Of a stretch of 64,000 nucleotides of DNA, positions 37,071 through 44,918 are shown one piece after another. Source of the stretch: a virus (Duplodnaviria; Caudoviricetes). The position numbers and the translations under genes were made by a program. Position 1 is the first letter of the stretch. Each line of letters begins with the position of its first letter. Where the stretch lies: positions 18,187-82,186 of IMG/VR virus record IMGVR_UViG_3300035454_001303; one strand, given 5' to 3'. The notes beneath the pieces are model-generated. The model saw only the letters and a program-made list of their open reading frames with translations, was not told where the DNA came from and searched no databases.

Positions 37071-37976
37071 ATGGCATTACCACATGCAGCAATTACGCCC
37101 ATACCGAACAATGAGCCCGATGCCGTTCCCAGTCTTTGGAATGATCGTTATCTGGAAATTGACGAGAATTTTGAAAACTTGGATGAACGGGCGGCGGCCC
37201 TGGAAAGCGAGGTGCAGGCTGCGCGAGGCGGTCAGGCGTCTATGGATCAGCGCCTTGATCAGATCGAAACCAACGTGGAGGGGCTTGATCCCGAGTTTCA
37301 GAACAACCTGATTGCGGCTGTTCTGGCGGCCACGGACTTGGCAGCCCTGGCAAATAAGGAACTGGACCGGTTCCGGCGCGTCCGTATTCAGGAAGGGGAA
37401 ACGACTATCTATAATCGGGGAATCATTTCCGGTTGCGCGATTACACGAAAGGCAGCGGATGTAAGAATCCTGAGCCTGGCCCTTGGGAGTCTGTTTATCC
37501 ACGGGCGCTCATACAGCGTGCCAGCCGATGCCGACGCCACTTCCGTACCGCCGAACCCCGGAGCCAGTTCCGCAACCTGCTATGTCTATCTCTACATCGA
37601 TGAGACTGGCACGGTCGAATGCCAATGCACGGCGCTGAATGCGGCGGCACCATCCACAGGCCTTGTAGTCTACACGATTACGGTTCCCGCTGGCAGCACG
37701 AATGACGGAGACGCCTTCACAATCACGGATGCACGGCGTGTATGTACGGGCTGGCCCAATGTGTTCGTGTCTCCCATCTATGCTTCGATTGCCCTGCCCT
37801 ATGTCCTGCCCGACGCGAATTATGCAGTGCATCTGGATGTGGCGTCCTGCGAAGGCGGGCGGCAGCAGATCGGGGCGCTGGAAGTCGAGGACCGGCTGAC
37901 GAACGGATTTAAAATTTACCTGGCGGGGGCGGCGGATGCAGTGAAGGTGCGCTACCACGTCCAGCGGATGATTTAA
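37071..37976 (+). CDS. Tail fibre stem/adaptor protein
   Basis: N-terminal coiled coil, C-terminal small beta domain; position between the collar gene and the DGR target. Confidence 0.6.
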   Translation: MALPHAAITPIPNNEPDAVPSLWNDRYLEIDENFENLDERAAALESEVQAARGGQASMDQRLDQIETNVEGLDPEFQNNLIAAVLAATDLAALANKELDRFRRVRIQEGETTIYNRGIISGCAITRKAADVRILSLALGSLFIHGRSYSVPADADATSVPPNPGASSATCYVYLYIDETGTVECQCTALNAAAPSTGLVVYTITVPAGSTNDGDAFTITDARRVCTGWPNVFVSPIYASIALPYVLPDANYAVHLDVASCEGGRQQIGALEVEDRLTNGFKIYLAGAADAVKVRYHVQRMI

Positions 37977-37990
37977 AGGGGGGTGAGCAC

Positions 37991-38371
37991 ATGCAGGTTG
38001 AAGTCTTGGGAAACGGCCCTTTGGTCGAATACGCGGTGAACGGAAGCGTCGTGAAGATCGGCGGCGACGGCGGAATTGAAATCGATTGCGCTGCAATTCA
38101 GGTAGACGCGGCGATTGCGGTGGATATTTGCCGCGATGTAGCGGGAAACCTGGTGCAGGGCGTGAGCGAGGGCGTGTCCTATGTGGCGTCTCTCGTTGTG
38201 CCGCCGAAGGAAAAGAGCGAACAGCCAAAAGTCGAGGACGGAGAACCCGTTTTGGATGACAACGGCAACCAGGTTTATGAGGTTGTCGTCGCTCCCTTGA
38301 ACATGAACAAGGTGCGGCTGTCCTTATGGCCCTTTGTGAACCCGGTTCCGGTATCGGAACGCGAAATCTGA
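37991..38371 (+). CDS. Tail-associated hypothetical protein upstream of the DGR target
   Basis: 126 aa with SD; the type of gene usually seen next to Mtd-like genes (from recall). Confidence 0.5.
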   Translation: MQVEVLGNGPLVEYAVNGSVVKIGGDGGIEIDCAAIQVDAAIAVDICRDVAGNLVQGVSEGVSYVASLVVPPKEKSEQPKVEDGEPVLDDNGNQVYEVVVAPLNMNKVRLSLWPFVNPVPVSEREI

Positions 38372-38401
38372 AAAAACAAAAAAGAATAGGAGGTTTAAGC
38401 A

Positions 38402-39418
38402 ATGCTGATTTTCAATAAAGATCCTTTGAGGGCTTCGGTAGAGGCGGCAACTGGCGGCAGGGTTACGGTGCTCTATGACGATAAGGGGTATCCGTCCTAT
38501 ATGTGCGTGATCCCGAAATTCCTCGTGGAAACCATCGACGCGGATCTCGGGGCAGGTGTCCATCCGGCCTTCATCGTGAACGGTGTGGAAAAGTCCGAGA
38601 TCTTCATCGGCCAGTTCAAGGCCAATGTTCTGGACGGTCGCGCCCTCTCTTTGCCCGGCTACGATCCGACCGCGAGTGTCAATTTTGACACGGCGAAGGG
38701 CTACTGCACGGCCAAGGGGACCGGCTGGCATCTCATGTCAAACTGGGAGGCCGCAGCGCTGGCCCTCTACTGCATCAAGAACGGGCAGCCCCGTGGCAAT
38801 ACCGATTACGGCAGACACCACACATCGACTCACGAGTGCGGTCGTCGGCAGGACGGCGTTGCTCCCGGTACCGCCTCCGGCACGGCACGGACCCTGAACG
38901 GTTCCGGCCCTGCTTCCTGGCGTCATGATGGCACCCTTGCCGGAGTGGACGGCCTGTGCGGAAACATTTGGGAATGGGTTGACGGGATGAAACTTGTCAA
39001 CGGTAAATTTTATTTCCCCGATGACAACTACTTTACCCAGGCTGAAGGGTCCTGGAAGGACCAGGGCGTGATTATGGCCGAAGACACGGGCGACAAGCTA
39101 GGTGTGGCCGGTACGGATACGTTACACGCCTCTGGCGGCGTCGGGTTCGGGGCATGGAAAGGTCTCACCAGAACCACGGCCTATGCCGCCCTTTCCGACA
39201 CGATCAAGCGGCGTTTCATGCAGGCCATGATCGACCCGGCGTTCAACAGTAGCGACCCTGTAGGGTATTTCTATTTCGACACCGATGGCGAGCGCGTTCC
39301 GCTCCGCTTTGGGGGCTGGGGCTACGGTGCCGATGCCGGGGTCGCTGCGTTGTACCTCAGCAACGCGCGCGCGGTCGTGGTCACGACCCTCGGGTTCCGC
39401 CTCGCCTATATCGGTTGA
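38402..39418 (+). CDS. DGR target protein, FGE-subtype C-type lectin fold (Mtd-like receptor-binding protein)
   Basis: HPAFIVNG, GWHLMSNWE, GLCGNIWEWVDG, C-terminal VR ending GFRL. Confidence 0.9.
   Translation: MLIFNKDPLRASVEAATGGRVTVLYDDKGYPSYMCVIPKFLVETIDADLGAGVHPAFIVNGVEKSEIFIGQFKANVLDGRALSLPGYDPTASVNFDTAKGYCTAKGTGWHLMSNWEAAALALYCIKNGQPRGNTDYGRHHTSTHECGRRQDGVAPGTASGTARTLNGSGPASWRHDGTLAGVDGLCGNIWEWVDGMKLVNGKFYFPDDNYFTQAEGSWKDQGVIMAEDTGDKLGVAGTDTLHASGGVGFGAWKGLTRTTAYAALSDTIKRRFMQAMIDPAFNSSDPVGYFYFDTDGERVPLRFGGWGYGADAGVAALYLSNARAVVVTTLGFRLAYIG
39291..39407 (+). repeat. DGR variable repeat (VR)
   Basis: 117 nt aligned without gaps to 39864-39980; 17 mismatches, all opposite TR adenines. Confidence 0.95.
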
Positions 39419-39437
39419 GCGTAGTCTGTAAATCTGT

Positions 39438-39459
39438 GGGGCGGGCGACAGCCCGCCCC
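39438..39459 (+). promoter_or_regulatory. DGR target-recognition hairpin/cruciform downstream of the VR
   Basis: GGGGCGGGC-GACA-GCCCGCCCC, perfect 9-bp stem with a 4-nt loop, 20 nt after the target stop. Confidence 0.8.
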
Positions 39460-39485
39460 CTTAAACCCCATTCACGGGAAACGGA

Positions 39486-39851
39486 ATGACGAAAAATCTG
39501 ATTATCTACGAAAAGACTCTGGAAATGATCGAATACGGCACTATCGCGCTCCGTCAATTCCCCCGATATGAGAAATTTGTACTGGCGGCCATGATTCGGC
39601 AACAGATGTATGAAGTTCTGAAGCTGATCGTGGAGACCAATAAACGGACATACCGGAAAACAGCGCTGACCGAACTGGATATTGCCCATGAAACGCTCCG
39701 GCATTTGGTGGACCTCTCCTATCGGCGGTTGAAGTATCTCGATCACAAGAAATACACCCTGTGGATGGAGAAGATCAACGAAGTCGGTAAATTGTTGGGA
39801 GGGTGGATTCGCTCCCAGCGAGAAGGGGCACAGCCTGCAAAGAATGTTTAA
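39486..39851 (+). CDS. avd: DGR accessory variability determinant (four-helix bundle)
   Basis: FPRYEKFVLA..IR...LD.....LR.L....Y...I.EVGKLLGGWI; located between VR and TR. Confidence 0.9.
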   Translation: MTKNLIIYEKTLEMIEYGTIALRQFPRYEKFVLAAMIRQQMYEVLKLIVETNKRTYRKTALTELDIAHETLRHLVDLSYRRLKYLDHKKYTLWMEKINEVGKLLGGWIRSQREGAQPAKNV

Positions 39852-39863
39852 TGAAGCTCTGTT

Positions 39864-39980
39864 AGCGCGTTCCGATCCGCTTTGGGAACTGGAACAACGG
39901 TGCCAATGCCGGGGTCGCTGCGTTGAACCTCAACAACGCGCGCACGAACGTGAACACGAACATCGGGTTCCGCCTCGACT
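39864..39980 (+). ncRNA. DGR template repeat (TR)
   Basis: AAC-rich copy of the VR (26 adenines) between avd and RT. Confidence 0.93.
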
Positions 39981-40132
39981 TTGAATATGCCAGAAGGCGC
40001 CTGCTTACGGGCAGAGGCCCAGTGCAATTTCATAGGGAGGCTGTGTCCTTCCCGAAAGGGAAGATAGCCCAAAAGCCTTCATGTCTGAGTAGCAATGCCG
40101 AAACGTCATGAAGGCACTTTTAAAAGGAAAAG

Positions 40133-41161
40133 ATGAAACGTTATCATCATTTATATTCAAGAATCTGCGACATGGATAATCTTGAGGCGGCATGGAAGTA
40201 CGTCCGTCTTGGAAAACGGTACGATAAGGAGGTTCTGCGCTTCGGATACTACACCCTGCAAAACGTCATCCAACTTCATAATGAACTGACCTGGAAGAAC
40301 TATCGAATCGGTCAGTATCGCGAATTTATTATTAAGGATCCGAAAGAGCGCCTCATCCAATACTTACCCCTGCGCGACCGCATCGTTCAGCAGGCCCTTC
40401 ACCAGGTGATCGAGCCCATCTTTGACAAGGGCTTCATTGATGACTCCTATGCCTGTCGTAAAGGCAAGGGCACGCACCGTGCCATGAAGCGACTGCAATA
40501 CTTTTTGAATGCAGCTCGCGAAAAATGGCCTGGGAAGGAAATTTATTATCTCCATTGTGACATTCGTAAATACTTTCCCCATATCGATCACGACGTTCTT
40601 TATGGGCTCATGAGCCGGAAGATCAAGTGCGCCGACACGCTAAAGCTCATCAGGGCCATTATTGATAGCAGTACCTCAGATCCGGGGCTTCCCATAGGCA
40701 GCCTCTTCAGTCAGCTTTCCGCCAATGTGTATTTGAACGTCCTGGATCAGTTCGCCAAGCACGACCTTCGCGAGCGCTATTACCTTCGCTACATGGATAA
40801 CTTCATCATCGTTCATCACGACAAAAAGCATTTGCAACGGGTGAAGGATGAGATTCAAGGGCTTCTTAATAATCGATTGCGCCTGGAATTCAATCCGAAG
40901 GGGACCCGGATCGACAAAGTGGCGGGAGGAATCGAATTCGTCGGCTATCGGGTCTATGTAGACCGGGTCAAGATCAAAAAGGCAAGCATCAAGAGAATGA
41001 AGAAGCGCCTGCGGGCCATGCGGGTTATGTACCGGGAAGGAAGGGCGTCGATCTGGAACATCAGCCAGCGCATACGGTCCTGGCTGGGGCATTGTTGTCA
41101 TGCCGACGCAAAAGGGATCGCCGAAAGCGTTCTGTCCGGGGCAGTATTCACACGAGGATAA
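40133..41161 (+). CDS. DGR reverse transcriptase with non-canonical YMDN motif
   Basis: PLRDRIVQQA, DSYACRKGKG.H, CDIRKYF, GLPIGSLFSQ, RYMDNF, GIEFVGY. Confidence 0.93.
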   Translation: MKRYHHLYSRICDMDNLEAAWKYVRLGKRYDKEVLRFGYYTLQNVIQLHNELTWKNYRIGQYREFIIKDPKERLIQYLPLRDRIVQQALHQVIEPIFDKGFIDDSYACRKGKGTHRAMKRLQYFLNAAREKWPGKEIYYLHCDIRKYFPHIDHDVLYGLMSRKIKCADTLKLIRAIIDSSTSDPGLPIGSLFSQLSANVYLNVLDQFAKHDLRERYYLRYMDNFIIVHHDKKHLQRVKDEIQGLLNNRLRLEFNPKGTRIDKVAGGIEFVGYRVYVDRVKIKKASIKRMKKRLRAMRVMYREGRASIWNISQRIRSWLGHCCHADAKGIAESVLSGAVFTRG

Positions 41162-41176
41162 GGAAGGAGGTTTATC

Positions 41177-41770
41177 ATGATTCATATTGATTTTGAGAAG
41201 TTCAACAAAGCGGGCTTGAAGCCAATCCTGGATAAGTTCGAGAAGGCTGCCTTGCCAATTGCCAGCGTGGACGCGGACAATAAGGCAAAGCGCGAATCCG
41301 GCTTTCAGGTAAAGACGGCCATCATCAATTTTGAAAGCGGCCAAAAGTTGCAGGTGAAGGCCAAGGCCGGGGGATCGATCTTTCAGGTGAAGCTGAACAG
41401 CAAGGTCCTCGCCATCAAGTACGTTGACGACCTCGATAAGGCAATTCAGGAGGTCATCGATTATGTCAAGGAAAACGAGAAATCCTACCAAAAACAGAAG
41501 GAAAAGCAGCTTGCCCGGCAGAAGGTGAACGTTCCGAAGATCAAACCGGCAAATGTGTCCGTTTCGGAACAGATCACTCAATTCCAGACAGCCATTGATG
41601 AGACCAAGGCCGCTGATGACTCGCTGAATGAGCAGATCGCGGAAGCCGAAAACTCGAAAACCGAAAAAAGCACTGTCGTAACGACTCTCGAGACGGAGCT
41701 GAGCGGTCTGGTTGCGACGGGCGAGAATCTTCAGGCCGAATATGATCAATTGAAGGAGGTGGCAGCATGA
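41177..41770 (+). CDS. hdf: Hdf-like antirestriction/head protein
   Basis: IDFEKFNKAGLK...VKTA....GQ.L......G.I..VKLN; directly upstream of darA. Confidence 0.8.
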   Translation: MIHIDFEKFNKAGLKPILDKFEKAALPIASVDADNKAKRESGFQVKTAIINFESGQKLQVKAKAGGSIFQVKLNSKVLAIKYVDDLDKAIQEVIDYVKENEKSYQKQKEKQLARQKVNVPKIKPANVSVSEQITQFQTAIDETKAADDSLNEQIAEAENSKTEKSTVVTTLETELSGLVATGENLQAEYDQLKEVAA

Positions 41771-43911
41771 ATCCACTGACGGAAGGAAAAAGAATCAAGC
41801 TGGGTTATGACTACTTCGCCACGGGTTTTTCGGGGATTCAGCTTTCGGAAGCATATTACAGGCTGATTGCCGACAAGCAGCAAGAACGCCTCCTTTTCGA
41901 GACGGCGACCATTGACGAGGTTGACGAGGCTTATAACCCCTGTGACGAAAACGACCGGATGACGACCGAAGAACTTGTTTTAGAGGCTATCCGGATTCAG
42001 CGTTTCAATCGCACAGAATCCAAGATGACCGCCCTTGTGCGCGTCTTCAATGGGTATTTGAAGGAAAAGAACATTGAGGCCATGGCGCCGGTCATCGGAA
42101 TGCCGAAGAAATCGGGCCTCTTTGCGACCGTGACCGTGCAGATTCCTTTCAGCGACGGGCAGGTGGTAAGCATTATTTTCCACAGCCCCGACAACAACAA
42201 GATGAAGATCGCGGCGGATGATGAAATCATCGCTTTTCGGTGGCTCTTGAACAAGCGGGACATCACCCATGTGGTTTCTCCGGAAAACGATGCCGAAGTC
42301 AGCCTTCAGGAAATCGGGAAGCGAACGGCCCAGTTGGTTGAAAAGAACAGCGCCCGGTTCCAGGTCATGCAGAAGGAGCTTGTGGCGCAACGGAAGACAC
42401 TTGAAGAATTGAAGACTCAGGCCGATGAGGGGGTGAAGCATCACGATGAACTCATGGCCAAGCTGAAGGAGGGGCAGGATGCCATTGAAGCGATGGATAC
42501 GAAAATCGCCAACCTCCGCAGTCAGATTGAGAAGCAGAAGGCTTTCAATGACGACCTTCAAGGAAAAGTTGACGCTCTGAAGGCGAAGCAGGCCGGGAAT
42601 GACGGCAAGGCGACCGGGGGCGAGACCCCGAAAACCGAAGCGGAAATGAAGGCAGAACAAGAACGGACGGCCTATGAAGAGAAGCGGGCGGCACTGGGAA
42701 GTGAATTGACCGGGCGCGGATTCATAGATAACGGCATGGGCGGTGTCTGGAATAAAGAGGGATTCGGATATGTCCAGGCCAGTGGCGTGGATGGATACAG
42801 CATCGCGGTAGGTTTGGCCGATGGCAGCAAGAAGACGTTCTCTTCGGCCACCGTTGCCGGTTTCGACAAGCAGGCGACCAAGGCCCTGTCCATGATCGAC
42901 AAGAAGCTCAAAGCGGCTGAGATCAAGATTGACCCTGCCGTCTCAGCCCTTGATGCTACGAACGGCTTTGCGGAATTCCTCATGAAGCAGGACGAAGGCC
43001 ATGTCGAAGGGTACAGCCCGAAAGAAAGCGTTCTCAATATTGATGCGAGCGCCAAAAGCGAGGGCCTTGATGCGAAATGGTCTGAAGGGGATGATGGCGG
43101 AATGCCCGTTGCAGTCGGAACTTTCACCATCGCGGGAGGCAACCAGATCGGTGGCGTGCGGATCAGCCCGGACGGGAAGGCAATATTCTTCCTGAACGGT
43201 GAGAGATTCAGGGGTGATTACTACTTCGCAAGCGCCGACAACGAGACCCAGGACGCGGCAATGAAGGAACTCGCCGTCATTATCAAAGCAGCGAAAGAGA
43301 AGGAAGAGAGGGCCAAGCAGGTGGATGAAACAAACCGTCTTATTGAAGTCGGGAAAAATGCGGTACCGGGAGTTCGCCTTCAGGATGCGGAGGAAGCCGG
43401 GAAGCTATGGGAGATGAAAGGACGCGGCGAGTTGTCCGAGGAAGACTGGGGCAAATATGTCGAAGACCTTAAGGCGTCGAACAAGATTGCGAAATCCAAC
43501 GGGCCTCAAGCCCTCATTGGCTCAACTATGACCTCTGACGACGAAAAACGCATTCTTGCCGAGCTTGCCAACCTTGGAGAAGAGGAATTGACGCGCAGGC
43601 ATGAGGAAATTCGGGCCTATATGGAAGGTCCAGACTTCGAGGATCAAGACCCCGATTACAAGAAGTCCCTCCAAAACACCGAGTTCCTGCTGTTCACGGC
43701 AAAGAGCAACGTTCCGGATGAACCAGTTGCCGTGACCGTTCTCAACGACATCCTTGCCGGAAAATATGACGGCGACTCCACGAAGCTGGGAGAGGCCCTT
43801 GACCAGGCGGCTTCCGACCTGGAGAAGGATGGGAAGGCGGAACAATATGATGCTCTTCTGAATCAAGCAGCGGACTATCTGACGGAAATTCTGAAAAAGG
43901 AGGCGGCGTAA
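41767..43911 (+). CDS. darA: DarA (defence against restriction A)-like protein
   Basis: IPFSDGQVVSIIFHSPD...AF.WLLNKRDITH.V...EKNSARF; C-terminal LLNQAADYLTEIL. Confidence 0.88.
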   Translation: MNPLTEGKRIKLGYDYFATGFSGIQLSEAYYRLIADKQQERLLFETATIDEVDEAYNPCDENDRMTTEELVLEAIRIQRFNRTESKMTALVRVFNGYLKEKNIEAMAPVIGMPKKSGLFATVTVQIPFSDGQVVSIIFHSPDNNKMKIAADDEIIAFRWLLNKRDITHVVSPENDAEVSLQEIGKRTAQLVEKNSARFQVMQKELVAQRKTLEELKTQADEGVKHHDELMAKLKEGQDAIEAMDTKIANLRSQIEKQKAFNDDLQGKVDALKAKQAGNDGKATGGETPKTEAEMKAEQERTAYEEKRAALGSELTGRGFIDNGMGGVWNKEGFGYVQASGVDGYSIAVGLADGSKKTFSSATVAGFDKQATKALSMIDKKLKAAEIKIDPAVSALDATNGFAEFLMKQDEGHVEGYSPKESVLNIDASAKSEGLDAKWSEGDDGGMPVAVGTFTIAGGNQIGGVRISPDGKAIFFLNGERFRGDYYFASADNETQDAAMKELAVIIKAAKEKEERAKQVDETNRLIEVGKNAVPGVRLQDAEEAGKLWEMKGRGELSEEDWGKYVEDLKASNKIAKSNGPQALIGSTMTSDDEKRILAELANLGEEELTRRHEEIRAYMEGPDFEDQDPDYKKSLQNTEFLLFTAKSNVPDEPVAVTVLNDILAGKYDGDSTKLGEALDQAASDLEKDGKAEQYDALLNQAADYLTEILKKEAA

Positions 43912-44916
43912 ATGGCTCTATCATTCTCCGAAAAGCGATCCCTGCAGAAGGTGATCGCCACGAACCTTGCCAGCCTTCAGGCGGGCAACCTGTCCTTCCA
44001 GGACAAGCGGAAGTTTCAAAAAGAGATTCAGGACGCCTTTGCCAGACTGAAGGAGGCCGTTGAACTGAAGCCCGAGGCACAGAACCAAAAGCTCGCCGAT
44101 CTGATTGCCGGGAAATACAACAACGAGCCTCCCGAGGGATTTCTGAAGGTACTGAAGGAGATCGTTGAAGAGATCAACGACATTGAGCCGGTGAAGCCGC
44201 CCACGATTGCCTATATCGAAGTCAATCAGGACAAAGTGAATTCGATCATGGAAAGCGCCCTGGGTGAGGTATTTGGGAAACTGTGGGATAAAACGAAGGG
44301 ATTCCCTATTCCGATCATCGGAACATCCTCTTCGCAGCAAGCCACCAACGACGCCGTCAGGGTCAAGCCGCAGGACGGCGACTACGGGCCTCCAAAAAAA
44401 ATCAGTATCGACATCGATGACGATTTCTACGGCCCTACTTCTTTTCGTGCCGTGATCAGGGCCATCGAAGAGGCCCGGGCGGGAGACACGATTGAAATCA
44501 AGCTCAACTCCAACGGCGGAGATACCCAGGCGGCGCAAGCCATTTACGTGGCGCTCCTGAAAACGCTGGCGAAAACGAAAGCGATCATCATCAACGCCTA
44601 TTCTGCGGGGAGCATCGTCGCAATGGCCTGTGATGAGATCGAACCGACGCCCTTCTGTACCATGATGATTCACAACGCATCGACATTCAGTGGCGGGAAG
44701 CTCGGGGATCTGGCAGGGAAAGCGGCATTCCTGAATGATTACTTCGGGGAATGGTTCCAACAGCTTTACGCGGGGTTCCTTACCGAGGAAGAGCTGAAAG
44801 ACATCATCAAGGGCCAGGATTTCTGGTTGAAAGAACCTCAGATCAGGGAACGCCTGAAGAACTGGAAGCCGATCCGCCAAAGACTCCAAGAAAATGGAAC
44901 CATAAAGGCGGCCTGA
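43912..44916 (+). CDS. ddrA: DdrA-like N-domain fused to a ClpP-type serine protease
   Basis: N-part KLADLIAGKY....EGFL..L; C-part LNSNGG, AYSAGS, MMIHNAS, QDFWL (Ser-His-Asp). Confidence 0.75.
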   Translation: MALSFSEKRSLQKVIATNLASLQAGNLSFQDKRKFQKEIQDAFARLKEAVELKPEAQNQKLADLIAGKYNNEPPEGFLKVLKEIVEEINDIEPVKPPTIAYIEVNQDKVNSIMESALGEVFGKLWDKTKGFPIPIIGTSSSQQATNDAVRVKPQDGDYGPPKKISIDIDDDFYGPTSFRAVIRAIEEARAGDTIEIKLNSNGGDTQAAQAIYVALLKTLAKTKAIIINAYSAGSIVAMACDEIEPTPFCTMMIHNASTFSGGKLGDLAGKAAFLNDYFGEWFQQLYAGFLTEEELKDIIKGQDFWLKEPQIRERLKNWKPIRQRLQENGTIKAA

Positions 44917-44918
44917 AG

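Larger units (their letters stand above)
38402..41161 (+). mobile_element. Diversity-generating retroelement cassette (target-VR-hairpin, avd, TR, RT)
   Basis: All components present in canonical order; adenine-specific TR/VR mismatches. Confidence 0.95.

Noticed and set aside
37071-38371. Second DGR variable repeat in neighbouring tail genes
   Set aside because: No further copy of the TR 3' end (CGGGTTCCGCCTCG) noticed by eye; a computational scan is needed to exclude it fully.
40133-41161. RT as a group II intron, retron or defence-associated RT
   Set aside because: The adjacent avd, TR/VR pair with A-only mismatches and DGR-type GxPIG..SQ motif identify it as a DGR RT; no maturase or endonuclease domain.
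36666-41176. Cin-type invertase and cix inverted repeats
   Set aside because: No serine recombinase motif or long inverted repeats visible around the tail-fibre genes.
40676-41776. 366-aa minus-strand ORF across RT and hdf
   Set aside because: Shadow of two well-supported plus-strand genes.
44751-44918. Longer N-terminus offered by the ORF track for the 753-aa protein
   Set aside because: Overlaps the ClpP domain of ddrA; ATG 44919 directly after the ddrA stop is more plausible.
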